Part shown: positions 38,201-53,100 of the stretch, in pieces
How the letters are laid out: every line of letters starts with the position of its first letter
Numbering within the stretch: position 1 is the stretch's first letter
Origin: Trichoplax adhaerens
Lineage: Eukaryota > Animalia > Placozoa
DNA: 64,000 nucleotides
Reading direction: 5' to 3'
Assembly: GCF_000150275.1 (NCBI RefSeq)
Contig: NW_002060943.1
Span: 11,656,878 to 11,720,877, forward strand
Program-made: the position numbers and the translations under genes
Notes under the pieces: model-generated
What the model saw: the letters and a program-made list of their open reading frames with translations, nothing else
What the model was told of the DNA's origin: nothing
The model's database searches: none

Positions 38201-41200
38201 ACTGTAATATAGATAAAGATCAATACGATATAAGGTGGCATATATCTATACACTCCGGGCAGTTGCGCTTATTTCAGTCGGCCTAAATATACAGTAGTGA
38301 TACCTTTGCCCTCTGTAACGATGATTGCTTGAATTAGAAAAAAGCTTTTTACCATGTTATGCAGTTTAAAAGTGAGAATTTCAATGCTTATAAGAACGTT
38401 GAACAGTAAATAAGTCATTGAGACGGTTATTGATACGGTATATAATTGTGGCGGCATTCCAAAATATCCCCAAATTTATCACTAAAGTCTATTGCATTAT
38501 ACCTCCTTGCGTTCTACTTAGTCTTGTTTATTTCACGATCGATAGATAACTGAAAAGTATATCAATCTTCTTATTTAGATTCCACTGCACTATTCTAATA
38601 GTAAGGATTCGATCAACACTGCATACGTAAATACATCATCACGTATAGGAGTATCACAATCAATCATAACATTGATGCCGGAACAATAACATTTTCAAAA
38701 CTTCAGTCACTACCGAAGCCAACTAGTTTAATTTATCTTTTGTGAAAGATAGCTAATCTGTTCGTTATAAAGAGGCTCTTTTACTTTCCGCCTGTCGTCT
38801 ACTGTCATTTATCTGCTGCTACTTTCTTTCTATTTAATTAAGGCTATAGAATAGCCTATTTATATCAATTTTAAGAGAATTTATTTTATTTCAGATTCTA
38901 AAATAACACTCAAGTCATCAAATCAAAAAATTTCTAGTGGTCTGTGAAAGGATTCATTTCTTTTACATATCGAATAGATCAAACTATAGTTTTTTTTAAC
39001 TTTTCACTAGTAATTGGGAGTGCTCATAAGATCTCTACCCCAGTAAATTGTACGTAGGAATATGTTTCTTATTAATGTAATATACTCTCTTCGTACTAGT
39101 AGTAGCGTAATCACATATTACATAAATTTTACTGGAATAACACTACCGCGTAAAATTATCATCTTGTACATTGTACAGCATCAATAGTACTTATTATTAT
39201 TTTTTAAAGAAACCATAGATTGCTTTATAAAATATGGCATATAACATATGAATAAGTTAATTGGGATTGGAATAGGCATCAGTGACCTTTACTTTTTCCA
39301 GCCATCGATGCGCAGTCAAATATAACATTGGTAGTCATTAGTTTTTGATGAAGGTAAGGATTGTCTGATAAATTATGAACAGGCCAACTTCGACCAGGAC
39401 AAGCATCAATGACCTTGATTTGCTTAGTCATAGATACCGTCATATACTCCACAATACAATTTTTAATGAATATGGCGTTATCTTGATCGTATTGGAGCCT
39501 TAATAATTAAAAACATTATTGTCTCATATCGTCTAGTATTTGCTTAAAGAATGTTTTACCAGCATACCGTCCGTATACAATGCGGTATATAGGCTAATAT
39601 CAATGCTCGATATGGTTATCGTATTTTGTTAAACCCGTCAAAACTTAATTCTGGGTTTATATCTTCGATAGTGGAATCAATTTTATAGTATATGACGGTC
39701 TACCACATGTTATGATTAGTTAGTTCTTTTTAATTCCTTTTTCTTCACGTAATAAGTTATCTGGAAATTGCCGTATTCTACATCAACAATACAGCAGTCT
39801 CATTTTATCGGCCATGGCGATGATGATTCTGAAGTTGCCGCCGTTTTGTCCATCAAGGCAAATCTACTAGACTATTTCATCGTAAAATAATATCAATTAG
39901 CTCATCAACCTACGGTTGTTTAATAATAACTAAAACATGCAAAATGTTACGGCATCAGTACTCGGCAACCTTTAAGTTGACGTGATCAATTTATAGAAAA
40001 TACGCCATTGGATCTGTTCTTTCAAAGAATAAGTGGAATAGCTGTGTTCTAATTAAATTTGATACAGCATTATAAGAAGTTGTATGATCTATTTTAAACG
40101 CTTTTTGATTACTGATGGATAGGGTAATCTCTGCACATAAAGGTGTAATTACTATGATTATGATTATCAACGAGGACATTGCCGCAGTAGTAAGAACCGT
40201 GGATTCATCCGACATTTTCAATTCGTATAATGGCGTCAGATGATTATATGGCACATTAGATTTGGCCACCAACTGTGCTATTTATTAATTGATCTTAGTT
40301 ACCGACAATTAATGAAAGAGAACTCGTACTTAAAGAACAATTAATTCTATAAATATCTATATGAAACTGTTATGACTAAGGTAATTAGGATGATTTTTTC
40401 TTGGGATAAGAAAGTAATGTTTAAAGATAAATCCTTAAATACCGACATTCAAAGTCTAATTTTACCGCTATCCTGTCTTTTAAATACATCGCATTGATAA
40501 CATCGCCTCCATTCCACATTGGTACGTGTAGGTGAAAACGAGTTTAAAGATCTCAATATCCAAAAGCAAAGTCAATTTTTTATGTTGCTGAAGTTTTAAT
40601 CTTGGCATCCTCATTTATTAACCAACTTGCGTCTCTACTTCGTTAGATTGATGGATGTTTAATAAAATTTTCATGTTAGAAACTTAGTGCCATCGAAGGA
40701 GAAAAATCTTGAGGTCAAGATAGAGTTTTAATGGTAAATGAGCATACGCGTAAATCAGATAAAGAAAAGGTTTTAATCTTATCTCGTTAAACTTTGCCAA
40801 AACCTACTCAAATCTTCGTATCCTATCCCAGAAAGCAGCAAAACTGCAGTAATTGTTGCCGGCTTATTATCTGGTAAGTAAATGCAATGATGATATACTT
40901 AAATTATTCATAACAACTTTATAAATATCGTCGGTTGTATCCTGAGATGCTAACTTTATCGCGATTATGAAAAAACAGAATTGCGGTAACTCTTAAATTG
41001 GTATAATTAATCGTTCAAATTTTATTTCATTTACCGTATCTAATATATGAACTAAAGATTTTTATCTGTCCCATATCTGTATAACTAATTTCGATTGGTA
41101 TTTTAATGTTTGATATCGTCGAATGATAATCCAGATACATTAAGATTAAGATTTTTTAACGTTTTTTAAAGATATTGAAATTTCACTATAATAGTATGCA

Positions 41201-44137
41201 TAGTATCTACTATACATGCATATTCCTCAATGAGTAAAGACTGAAAATTTTAGAAAGAAATAGCTTAACTTTGAGGTTCTTTAAAGTTCACTTTACATAG
41301 TTATGTCTACTAATAATCATATGATCACTTTAAAGATTAAGATCAAGAGACTTAAATAATACCATATGGTTCTAATATAAACATTCCTTTTAGTTCGTCC
41401 TCTGTTTATAGTATACACTTTTGATACTAGTAACGATGTTCTTTACTATCTATTGCTAAGAAATTTGAGCCATAAGTCATTATTGCTGTATGGATAGCAT
41501 ATCATACACTCACTTTGATATAATGCTATAAGCTACAGTAGTATTTATGTACATATATAGGCCCATACACAGAGTAAATTATATGTAAATTACAAATTAA
41601 TATCATTACCTAGCATAAAGTGGTGCAAGTACCCATCTTACTTCTATTAGTCCTATCAGTTACGTGTGGCTTTGATGATTATGATCATAGTGACATGTTC
41701 TTCATCTAGTACTAAAAACTTAGTATCACCTATCTTTAATTATGACTATTTAATTAGCGAATGCACCGTACCGACGACACCATGTATTCTTTCATTGCGA
41801 ACAAATTTTTAGCAGATATATTGGTCATCGGGAGCTGTTCATTTGCATATGCTTTGACTACCTAGACAACTGTTTGTTTTGATTAGCCCCGGATTGATTT
41901 CAAAACAAATCGAACTTTACGTTTATTATACTTTAACAGCGTTATAAGGTTCATTGGTTAACAATTGCAAGAAATAAACACCTAGCAACTGCCAACGTAT
42001 CCGTTTCTAACTATCTTTCTTCCTTATTCCTGTTTTGTAAAAGTAAAAGCTTCCCCTTCAATTTAATGAGAATATAGACTGGCTAAATATACTACTCAAT
42101 TTGATAATTGATCACTACCGTAGCCGTTCCATACAGGTACTGAATATCTATCTTTACGATCATTTGCAATTAAAAAGTATTCATAAGTGATTATTAGAAG
42201 CAAACCACAAATTTATAAGGAGATTACGACAGCGAATCTAAATTTCGTGAAGGCTTTTTTAGTCGGATTTAAATAGAATCAGAGCATAGACTTTATGAGA
42301 AGCAGATGAAGATCTAAATAAATTAGAAAGGACAAAATCCAACTAATGATCAGTCTTGAATGAAACATATTATATTGAAATTAAATTTGTTAATTGAAAA
42401 GTGCTTTATTAATATTATATGTCGCTTTTATAATTTACTTGCGTTCTTATTAAACTGCCATTTCGGCCATAGTCCATTCTCAACTAATGTTAGATGATTC
42501 GCGGAACGAACTGTACTATCTTCTATCGTATTATTTTTTAGTCGCAGTGAAAAATTCATAATCTATAAAGATTATTTGAATAGTGATCTTTTATTGTTGA
42601 TTTATTACTACGATGCAATCGAATCACAATCATTTTTGATCTACGATAAAGCATAAATATTCTAAATATGTAAATTAAATTGCCATGTGTCCATTCATAC
42701 TAAAAATAGTAGTACGACAAAATCTTCCATTCCCACTCGATCACTTAGCAATAAAACCATTTGATGCCCGCTTTAATTTCTAAAATCAGTACTTTCTTTG
42801 CCTTATATTAATTTACCATGTCCTTCGCAGTTAGTATCGAATTCATTCACAACAGGAAAAAATTACTTTGCTAGGTGGACTGCCCATCTACGTAATTTTA
42901 CTTGTTATAGATTTAGCCTTGCCTCTCATTCACGTTAGCCAATTTATAACAATAAATTATCTTGTAATGTTTACATAAACTAATAGCTATGGACATTGAA
43001 CAGGAATGAAAGGTTAATTCAAAATAATTTAGGTGCAATGTAAAACATGAATTTTTTTTTAAATCTAGTAAGGCGTGTAAAAATAGAAAGATTCAGAGAT
43101 GATATTTCTCATTTTCCTTCGCTAGGACTTTAAGTTCAAAACTTAGTTATTATATTTATGGATACAGAAGACATCAGATCTACCTCTTAAAAGATTTAAG
43201 TAATATAGTTTTACAGTAACCTCACAATTTGATTTGAGAGCTTTATTTTTCTCCTCCTCTGCAAGGAATAAACACATGTTACGGTAGAAACCATATATCT
43301 ATAATATGTTCTAGAAATTATTCTTGTAGGCTAAATTTCGACGATGTTGTTTTAATTTTACGTCGGACGACATGGAGCGAAATTTAATAACTAAGGCGTT
43401 ATTTTTTAATATTTATAACCAATTTTACAAACTTCATTACAATTAACACACTAAATATTACATTCTCCTTCGATTTTATTTTGTAATATCTAGTCAGAGG
43501 GAGAGCTACAATTTGAGCATTCGGGCCGATATCTCTTACTTATTATAGTTGATTCGAAATTAATCTAATCAATTCAATTTCTTATATTAAGTTATATTAT
43601 TGGCTTATTGAGCAGCCTAATCGTTTGATATTAAGCAGGTTTAATATTAATGAAAAAGCCCATTAAGCATACTTTATTAGACGACATAAGGTTAAAGCCA
43701 CTAATGAGAACATTAGTTGAAAATTAATTTCTTAGATGATCTAAGGCTATAAATATCTAATCGGGCCTACCCAGTATTTAGTGTTTAGATCAGTGTTAAT
43801 ATTGATTCGTAGTGCGGTAAGATAGCAAGTATGATAGAATATGAAATAAAATCCAGCCATTATCATTAGATTTTGTAGCTAAAGGAATCACAAATCAGTT
43901 TATATCATATGCAACATCAAAGCTAACACCGATTGATCTTTTAGTTCTACTATTATAAGATTGCGAATCATTCTGCCATATTCGTAACGGTTGTTATAAA
44001 TGTCATCCTCATTTTAGCTCCAGCTAAGATTTGCTTAGTAACGTGCTGCTATAATAATAATAACAGCAGTTCTTTGTACCCCTGTGTGATTGCAGATCGA
44101 AATATAATAATCTAAATTATTAATTTCAGTAAACAAG

Positions 44138-47100
44138 ATGGAAGAGTTACGCGATACAACTATCCAAGTTACTAAAGATAACATCAGTGAAAATTATGGT
44201 TTTCAAGTCAAGAATTACGACGCAATGACTTACTGCACAGTATCTCACATTGTGGATAACAACAAAAACAATAAAGCTAATCCAGATATTAGTGAATTGC
44301 AATTAGGCGATCTATTGATAGCCGTTAATGATATATCACTAGCGGATCAATCAGTAGAAGACATGTATGATATTATTGATCAAAATTCAAAAAATGATAT
44401 GGTAAATTTGACTATTAGATCAAAACATCAGCTACTAAATTCTAATAATCACAACGGAGGCGAAAATATTACAAAATTGAACGGCAATTCAAGAATTAAG
44501 ATTAAAAGGAAAATTGGTCTGGGAAGAGATCCTAGTTTGGATGGTACTTTTGAAAGTAATAATAACCAAGACCACGGTCAAGATAGCAATAATGGTAAGA
44601 AAGCATCACCGATCGCACAAATCAATATCGATGAATTAATGGCAAGCGATGACGATGCTATTGGCAGTCAGAATGATTGCCCAGAACAGCCTGTTGATGG
44701 AGTAAATCTCAGAGTAAAAAAAAATTCCGAGGTAGATAAAATACCGGCTAAGAAGTGGACCAAGGAAGCTGTATTAGAAGATCTTACTACGGATAAATCG
44801 AAAATTAATAAGCTCCTTTATACAAGATCTCGTCGTTGTCAAAGCGATGGCTCTCAGGGCAGTCAAAAGCATTTAACCAAATTATTAATTAATGGTAAAG
44901 AAATACCTGGTGCTATTGCAGAAGAAGATACATCTAAAAACGGCTTTATTCGCTTAAAGAACTGGTCTAACAGCAGTTATCTACACGATACTCTTCACAA
45001 GAAAGCCAAATGCGTAAGCGATAATTAGCACTTAAGCATAATTTATTTTATGACAAGTATTAAATTAAATAGAAGAAATTCTTATTAGTGCCGCCACTAT
45101 TCAACTACCTCATTTGTAAACAATTATGTGTTATGGGAATTAATTAACATAATCTAAATATTCTTGATTATCTTTACGTAGCCAATGACTTGTGGTAGCC
45201 AGGTCTGCTACGGTTCTAGCATGAATTTTTTGCCAGAACAGAAACCTGAATATACTACCGAAAGCTATCGGCAATATATCATTGACCAAGCCGTTAATTT
45301 TATCAGAGAATATTACCTAAATTTAAGGAAGTAAGTTGAAAACATAGAATAATTTAATGTCTACGAAACAATGATATTTACTGGAAAAAATTGGACTATC
45401 TACCAATTTCCATAGTGCTAAGTGTTCCTTACATTTTCAATAAATCTATATTTTGTTCTTACAGTGAAAACCCGAACTCTAATATTGATTTTGAAAAAGA
45501 AGAGCTAGCTCGCCTAGAGCAAATCATTGAAGATGTAGAACAGACTGGATTTTATGAACAGACATATAGCGAATTGGTCTTTGGAGCTAAATTAGCCTGG
45601 AGAAATGCAACGCGTTGTATTGGTCGCATTCAGTGGTCTCGACTAAAAGTATGGGATAGCTTCATACAATTTGAGAGCTCAAAGTTTTGCTCTATTACTT
45701 ATTTTTATAGCTCATAGTAACTGCTCTAAGGCTTTTGGGATTTGTATCTATAGCTGAAACAAACAGTAATGAAACCAATATATCCAATTTTTGCACCACA
45801 GGTTTTTGATGCAAGGCACGTGAAGACAACTGATGAAATGTTTCAAGCAATATGCGAGCATTTAAAATATGCTACTAACAACGGCAACTTAAGGTTATAT
45901 TGCTAGTATAATAACCTGTAACCAACTGTTTGAATTAAAAGTACACAAAAAATTTACTTCGTGATAGCTGAATAATTGTTTCTTTGGCATGATATAAAAT
46001 TGTTGAACATAAAAAATGATTATTTAGGCTTTGTGATCCTTAGTACTATAGTAATTTATTGCCGCCATCTAAAATATGATGATAACTATAGTTATACAAT
46101 CTCAACAGTTTACTCTGTCGACACAGTACTAACGTCAAATTAAATATTAAGTCAAATTTAAAGTCTGCAATATTAAGGAGTGGGATATGGATGTGATTAG
46201 CAAGTGATTTTAACATTTAGAATATCGCATGAGCAGGTAGTGGAGTTAGAACTGTGTGCTATTTTACAGTATTTTAGTGCCAAATAAAATATGAAATTAT
46301 ATTCAAACTTTGCTAGTATTAAATGATATAAAGGATATAGCTGAAAGTAACAAGTAATGTATACCTTATGAGATGCTCTTTCTCTATTTCTACTTCCGTA
46401 TTGGTCTTTTATGAAGCTGACTAAACTCAATTTCTCCAACAGATCAGTTCTTACTATCTTTGCTCCAAGAAATGGAAGTAAACAAAACGACTTTCGAATA
46501 TGGAATGCTCAATTAATTCGCTATGCTGGCTATAAGATGGATGATGGTTCAATCATAGGTGATAGAGCAACAGTTGAATTTACTGAGGTAACTTTTGATG
46601 ATTGTTTTTGACATAACGCAGTAAAAATTACAGATATTTGCAACTAAATCATAATTGAAATTGATATGAACATTCTAAGCTATGTCTAAGCTTTGGCTGG
46701 AGAGGGTCTGGTGGAAGATTTGATGTCCTTCCTTTGATTTTGCAAGCAAACGGTGGTGAACCACAATTTTATGAGATACCTCCGGAACTTGTCTTGGAAG
46801 TTTGTTTACGCCATCCAAAGTAAGGAAGCAATTACCGTATTTACATTTTCTACTTTTACTTGATCATGAACCAACCGTTACATAGTCACTAGCAATAAAT
46901 ATCTTCGTATAGATTAGTCCTTTATTCCGTGTAAATAAGTTGGTTTCAGTGCAATATTTTATACTTTCATTTCTTAGGTATCCTTGGTTTGAGAACCTGG
47001 GTCTGAAATGGTATGCTTTGCCAGCTGTCGCAAATATGATGTTTGATGTCGGTGGAATTGAGTTTCCTTGTGCACCATTTAATGGATGGTAAGGGGTTTA

Positions 47101-50100
47101 GTTTAACAAGATGACTTGTTAGTCTAATCGATGGTAATCTAGCTTACTTTATAAGCATCATAATGTGATCTATTTGTAAAAGAGTGTAAATAGTGTTGCT
47201 GTCTACTATTTGATAATAAATTCACTGATTATTGAAGGTACATGGGTACTGAAATTGGATCTCGAGACTTAGGTGATACTTATCGCTATAACGTATGCGA
47301 GGTAAGATAGCAGGTAGATAATAACTGTTCTACTTGCCTATTTATACTTCGCAGACAGACTAATATAATTGCCTTTTTGCGAATATTAGACGGTAGGACA
47401 ACACATGGGACTAGATACTAAGAATAATTCATCATTATGGAAAGATAAAGCATTAGTGGAATTAAATATAGCAGTTCTGTATAGTTTCCAGGTATTTTAT
47501 AATATTTGAAAGCCATTTAGTTTTGATTTATTGTCAATGTTTAGGTAGTGTACCGTACCTGATAGCAAATATCTTGGCTGCTAACCGGGCTAAATCGCGT
47601 ATTTTTCTAATTTACGTTTATTTATGTAAACTATGTAGGAAGATAACGTAACTATTGTAGATCATCATTCAGTCTCTGAATCTTTCATGAATCACTTAGA
47701 GCACGAGGTAAATTGCTTGAGGTCTTATGCTTGATAGTTATGTCTTGTTCCATTTTTCTATTGCTGCTAGAACTAATGTTAGTATTATAGGTCCTAATAT
47801 TGGTATGATGAAATTAGTTTGATTTACTTTCTTTATAACTTACTAAAGACGAGTATAAGAGGAGGCTGTCCATCGGACTGGGTTTGGCTTGTACCTCCAT
47901 TATCTGGCAGTGCTTCAGAAGTCTATCATCAAGTAAAGTTTTCTTGTTATGCATTAAACAAATCATATGTACTAAACGTATTACATCTAATCTTATCATT
48001 AATATTAATCATGAATTGGTTTAATCTGTATAATAATCTGGCAGGAGTTACTGAGCTATCGATTGAAACCATCATTTGAATACCAGGTTAACCCATACTT
48101 TCTATTAATTTTTGAATCTACACTGTTGTATATACTGTAACTAGTTAGGAGATATGGAAATCTGTAGCAAAATGCCTACAATTATTTTACCTTAAATTGT
48201 GGCGTTTATTTACAATTTGTAGAATTTGAAATGAATTCATTGCATAAGTATAAGTATGATTTGATGAACAAACTCCAAATATCTTCTTATTTTAGCCGGA
48301 TCCTGCGATTGATTATTATAAAAGAAAGAGAAAAAGAAGAATAAAATTTAAAAATGCTGGAAAGTATGACTGATTGTTAATCGTTTTGTATCATGCTTAA
48401 ATTGGTAACTTTCAGTCATTTTTTAATTTATGTGGTCTTTAAACCCGAACATTATGCTTGTACTGTTGGCTAATTTGTCGTATAGAGTCTACTTAAGTAG
48501 CTTTATATAATGACTACTTAATTTATTATTTTACAAACTTTTTAAATCATGTTTAGTGCAATACTCTTTGCCCATTATCTCATTAAGAATACCTTGGCTA
48601 AACGTCCTAAAGTTACGATTCTATATGCTACTGAGACTGGAAAATCGGAATATTACGCTAAAATTGTAACCAACATATTTTCCTATGGATTTGATGTTAA
48701 GGTTGGACATGTTCAATAGCAGTCTGAAAATATAATGAATAAGTGTTAAAATCAGCTGGTATTAGCCAAAACGATTAAGATCGGAATCATTTGACAAATT
48801 TTGTAACGTCCTCATTAAGATTGTTATTCTTTTGCAATCATAGCTGGTTTGCATGAAAGACTACGATCCGAGCAATCTGTCTCAGGAAAAATTATTGCTT
48901 ATTGTTACTAGTACTTTCGGTAACGGAGATCCACCTGATAACGGAGTGGTATGATTTTTAGTTAATTAGTTCGAGATTTGCTTACAAATTACAATTATCC
49001 CATATATCGATACGGGAAATGATGCAATTTCTTTGTTCTTATTAGAAATTTGGAAGCTATCTATACCAAAGATGCAATCCCAGAGCCAAGTATTGCATTT
49101 ATTAATGCTATCTTATATATTAAAGCTTCCTGTTTTTAAGAAATCAATTTAAATTGACTCCATTAGAGTAAGAGAAAATCGCAGAAGTATTCATTTACCG
49201 AGAGGTTCCAATAAACCTATGCTTTCGAGAATAGCATCTAGCAATTACAGCAATATGAAGTAAATGCTGTTGTATAAGTGGATATATTTTTTATTACTTT
49301 TAAATTGTGATTGAGTCATTAATACCTTATTTAATATTTAAAGGTATGCAGTTTTCGGGTTGGGTTCGCGAGCTTATCCGCACTTTTGTGCCTTTGCTCG
49401 ATCTGTCGATCGGCTACTTTGCCATATGGGTGCTGAGCGTATTCATGATATTGGTGAAGGAGATGAACTATTTGGGCAAGAAGACTCTTTTCGCAAATGG
49501 ACAGAGGAAATCTTTCATGTAAGAAATAAATGAAATGGGATATTGCCTTGTTTGTTGGATTCATTTTACATTAATACCATGATTTTGTTGCTGCTTCAAT
49601 TCTAGTACTAAAGAGTCCGATTAATCTTACTTTACTAGTAGCATAAATTTCAATATTTTGCTTGGATAATTTTGTTTTTAGATCAGTTGTGAATCATTTC
49701 ATCTAAAGAGTATTGATAAGAAGGACGCCCTTTCGACTTTATATAAAAACAGCAATCACTGGTATCCGGGTAAATTCCGTATGCAGGAAGAATCGCTTGA
49801 TATAGAAAAAACTGATATTTGCATCGGTTAGTAGGCAAAATCTAATTAAAAGCATTTTTACAATTCCAAGTAGTGCAGTACTATTATGATTATATATATA
49901 TTGTAATTTTGAGGTTAGTTATATTATCTATCGATAGGTTTATCTAAGGTACATGGTAAAGAAGTTATCTCAGGGAAATTGATTTCCAGGCAGAACCTTC
50001 AATCGACATCTTCTGAGTATGACTTTAATAATCATTTATTTTATATATATGGCAAAAGCTTGTTAAATCTATTTTCTTATTTAGTAATTTCCATCTATGT

Positions 50101-53100
50101 TTAAACTTACTATCAATATTTGGTGATTTATTTGTTGATTTAGTCGATCAACTATATTGGTGCGTATCGGCACAAAAGGGAAGAAATCATTATCTTTTCA
50201 TCCTGGCGATCATCTAGCTATTTTTCCGGCTAATCATCCACGTTTAGTCCAGCGATTAATTAACGCTTTACATGATGCCCCAGATCCAGATCAACCCATT
50301 AAAATCGAGTATTGTCAGGAGAAAGCCGGTAAACAACAATATGCATAAGTCATGATTATAATTAAGCTATATCCCTTATTAAGTCTATTAAATATATGTT
50401 GACATTTGGAAATTAAAAATAGAATATAAAGTAATGATTATTAAAGTCTATACTGTTACAAAAGTGAACGCTTTGATATTTTATTAGGTCAAAAGATTTG
50501 GCAAGTTTTCGATCGTTTGCCACTACCTTGCACATTGCGCGATGCTTTTACTTATTATCTGGATATAACAACTCCGCCAACACCTCAAATGCTGCAGCAC
50601 CTTGCTACAGAGGTAAATTTACTATTCACCTTTCGTAAAACTATTTAATCATTCAATTATAAAATGATCTATTAAGGATAATAATATGATGATAATGACT
50701 TTATCCTATTCTATTTGTATCAAGGCTGCTCGTGATACCGATAAACAGCGATTAGAGTTATTAGGAAGAGTGAGTTAATGTTAAAAATTATTAGATTAAT
50801 TATGTTTAGTGTATTTATATCGATTGATCTAATCCATTTTGCTTCGATAAAAATATATAATTCTATTGATTTCAAAGGGTTCACAAAAATATGAAGACTG
50901 GAAATTTGAAAAATGTCCTCATATCATCGAAGTTATTGAAGAATTTCCTTCGCTTAAAGTTTCTCCATTATTGTTGTTAACTCAACTACCGTTGTTGCAA
51001 CAAGTAAATTTAATTAATTTTCTTTTTGTAGATACTAACTACACCTATAAAATACTCATACTTAATTCTCTGGTTATTTTAAAATTACAAAGTACAGTTA
51101 TATATTGTGAAATATAAGCTAATATTTTACTGAAATATTTCAGAGATACTATTCGATATCTTCATCGCCCAAACTGCATAAAAATGAAATCCATTGCACC
51201 GTTGCTGTTGTCAGCTATAGAACAAGTGGAGGTCTAGGGGTTAAACACGAGGGAGTTTGCTCAAACTGGCTAACAAGGCTAGAAGCAGGAGCAACAATTC
51301 CGTGCTTCGTTCGACCGTATGTTTGTTTAACTCACAGTATTTTCTTCAAGGTAGATACTATGCTCATTTTAAATCGCTTCTTGAATCCTTAGAGATGCAG
51401 CTTTTCATATGCCTGAAGACGTGTCTGTGCCAATAATCTTAATTGGCCCTGGTACCGGAATTGCACCTTTCCGAAGCTTCTGGCAACAACGCTTCTACGA
51501 TATGAATTTATCGACTCACAGGCCAGTTGAACAAGATATTGCTATCTCAACTCATTCGAAATTTGCAGCAAACATTGAAAAAAAGAGATCGCATCTACGA
51601 CGTACACAATCTGATGCATCTGATTACCCTCCTACCGGTACGAGAAGCAAAGATCGAGGAGAAACTGATGTGTCTGGAAAATCAAAAAATCATTGTTCCG
51701 GTATAGAATTTGATCGTATACAGCTCCATTTATTTCTAGAAGTCGGAATTGTTTAATAGCTTTGGCTGCATAAACATTTTTGCTTGCATCTTAGTTGCAA
51801 AGAGCGTTTTTGGAGAAATGATCTTGTATTTTGGATGTCGAAATTCGAAGACTGATGATATATATAAGGATGAGCTACGAAAAGCGTTGACAGATCACGT
51901 ACTGACCCATGTACAAACAGCCTATTCTAGACAAGAACATAAGCCAAAAGTATTTAACTTAAAATCTCAATTTTAGTATTAAAGCATAAGTTTTATCGAT
52001 GCATGCAAAATTATAACGATAACTATATTTCACTGTAAAAATTTCAGCAATATGTTCAAGATTTAATAAAGAAGGATGCTTTCGAGTTATGTAAGTTAAT
52101 TCTTGATCATGGAGCGCACATCTACGTTTGTGGAGATGTTTCTATGTCTGCTGATGTTGGTCGTACAATTCAGGTATGCTAGTAAAAGTAATACAAATAT
52201 ATTACAATTTGGAATATCAGAAATAAGTATTAGTGCTAAATTTAGCTATTATATTGACAATTATTACTTGTTTAATATATAGAATGTTTTGGAGGACTAC
52301 GGTGCAATGTCTAGTACTGAATCGCAGGAGTGTATAACCAGACTTCGAGTAAATTACAATCTTCCAAACGATACATTTGATTTATTAATAAAATTAATAT
52401 ATAATTATCGTCTACTATTATTAAAGAATCACTAATGTAATTGGTTAACAGCAATTTCTATATTGAATTGAATTCTTTAAATAGGACTCTGGTCGCTATC
52501 ATGAAGATATATTTGGAGTAACTTTGAGAACATTCGAAGTGACCACTAATCGGCGAAAAGCTGCGCAGAGGTAAAATAATGAAATCAGCAGTCCCTTGAA
52601 TTTACATCGTTGCTCACTTATTTGCTGCTTTTACTTTCAATTCTAAATATAACTTCTAATTTATGATATGTTCTGACTACTGTCAACTCATTGATAGATA
52701 TATGATATTTTACGGATTATAAAACACTCTTACGATTTTTCTTACTTTATTTACAATATAATCATCAACATAGAGCTTGGATTCTAGTTTCTGGAGATGA
52801 TAAAACCGTCAAAGCTAGTGCCTCTGGCAGTAGTATTATCCCGCGTATATTTCCAGTAAGTCTTATTGAAATTGTAATAGAGTTATCCAAAAATTAATAA
52901 GCCAACTAAGCAAACTTAGAGTCAAGTTAAGATTCAGAAATGAGCCAAAATGATATCTAGCTTTATACGGCGTATTAAAAAATACAATGTCTTTATAGTA
53001 CATTTGATTGAACTTAGAGTAGAATAAAGATTCAGGAATGGACCAATAACAATATCTTACTTCATTCTGCGTATTAAAATATGCAAAGTTTTTATAATAA

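Noticed and set aside
39991-40272. 93-aa minus-strand ORF with a hydrophobic stretch
   Set aside because: Non-ATG start, no family motif and no supporting neighbouring exons.
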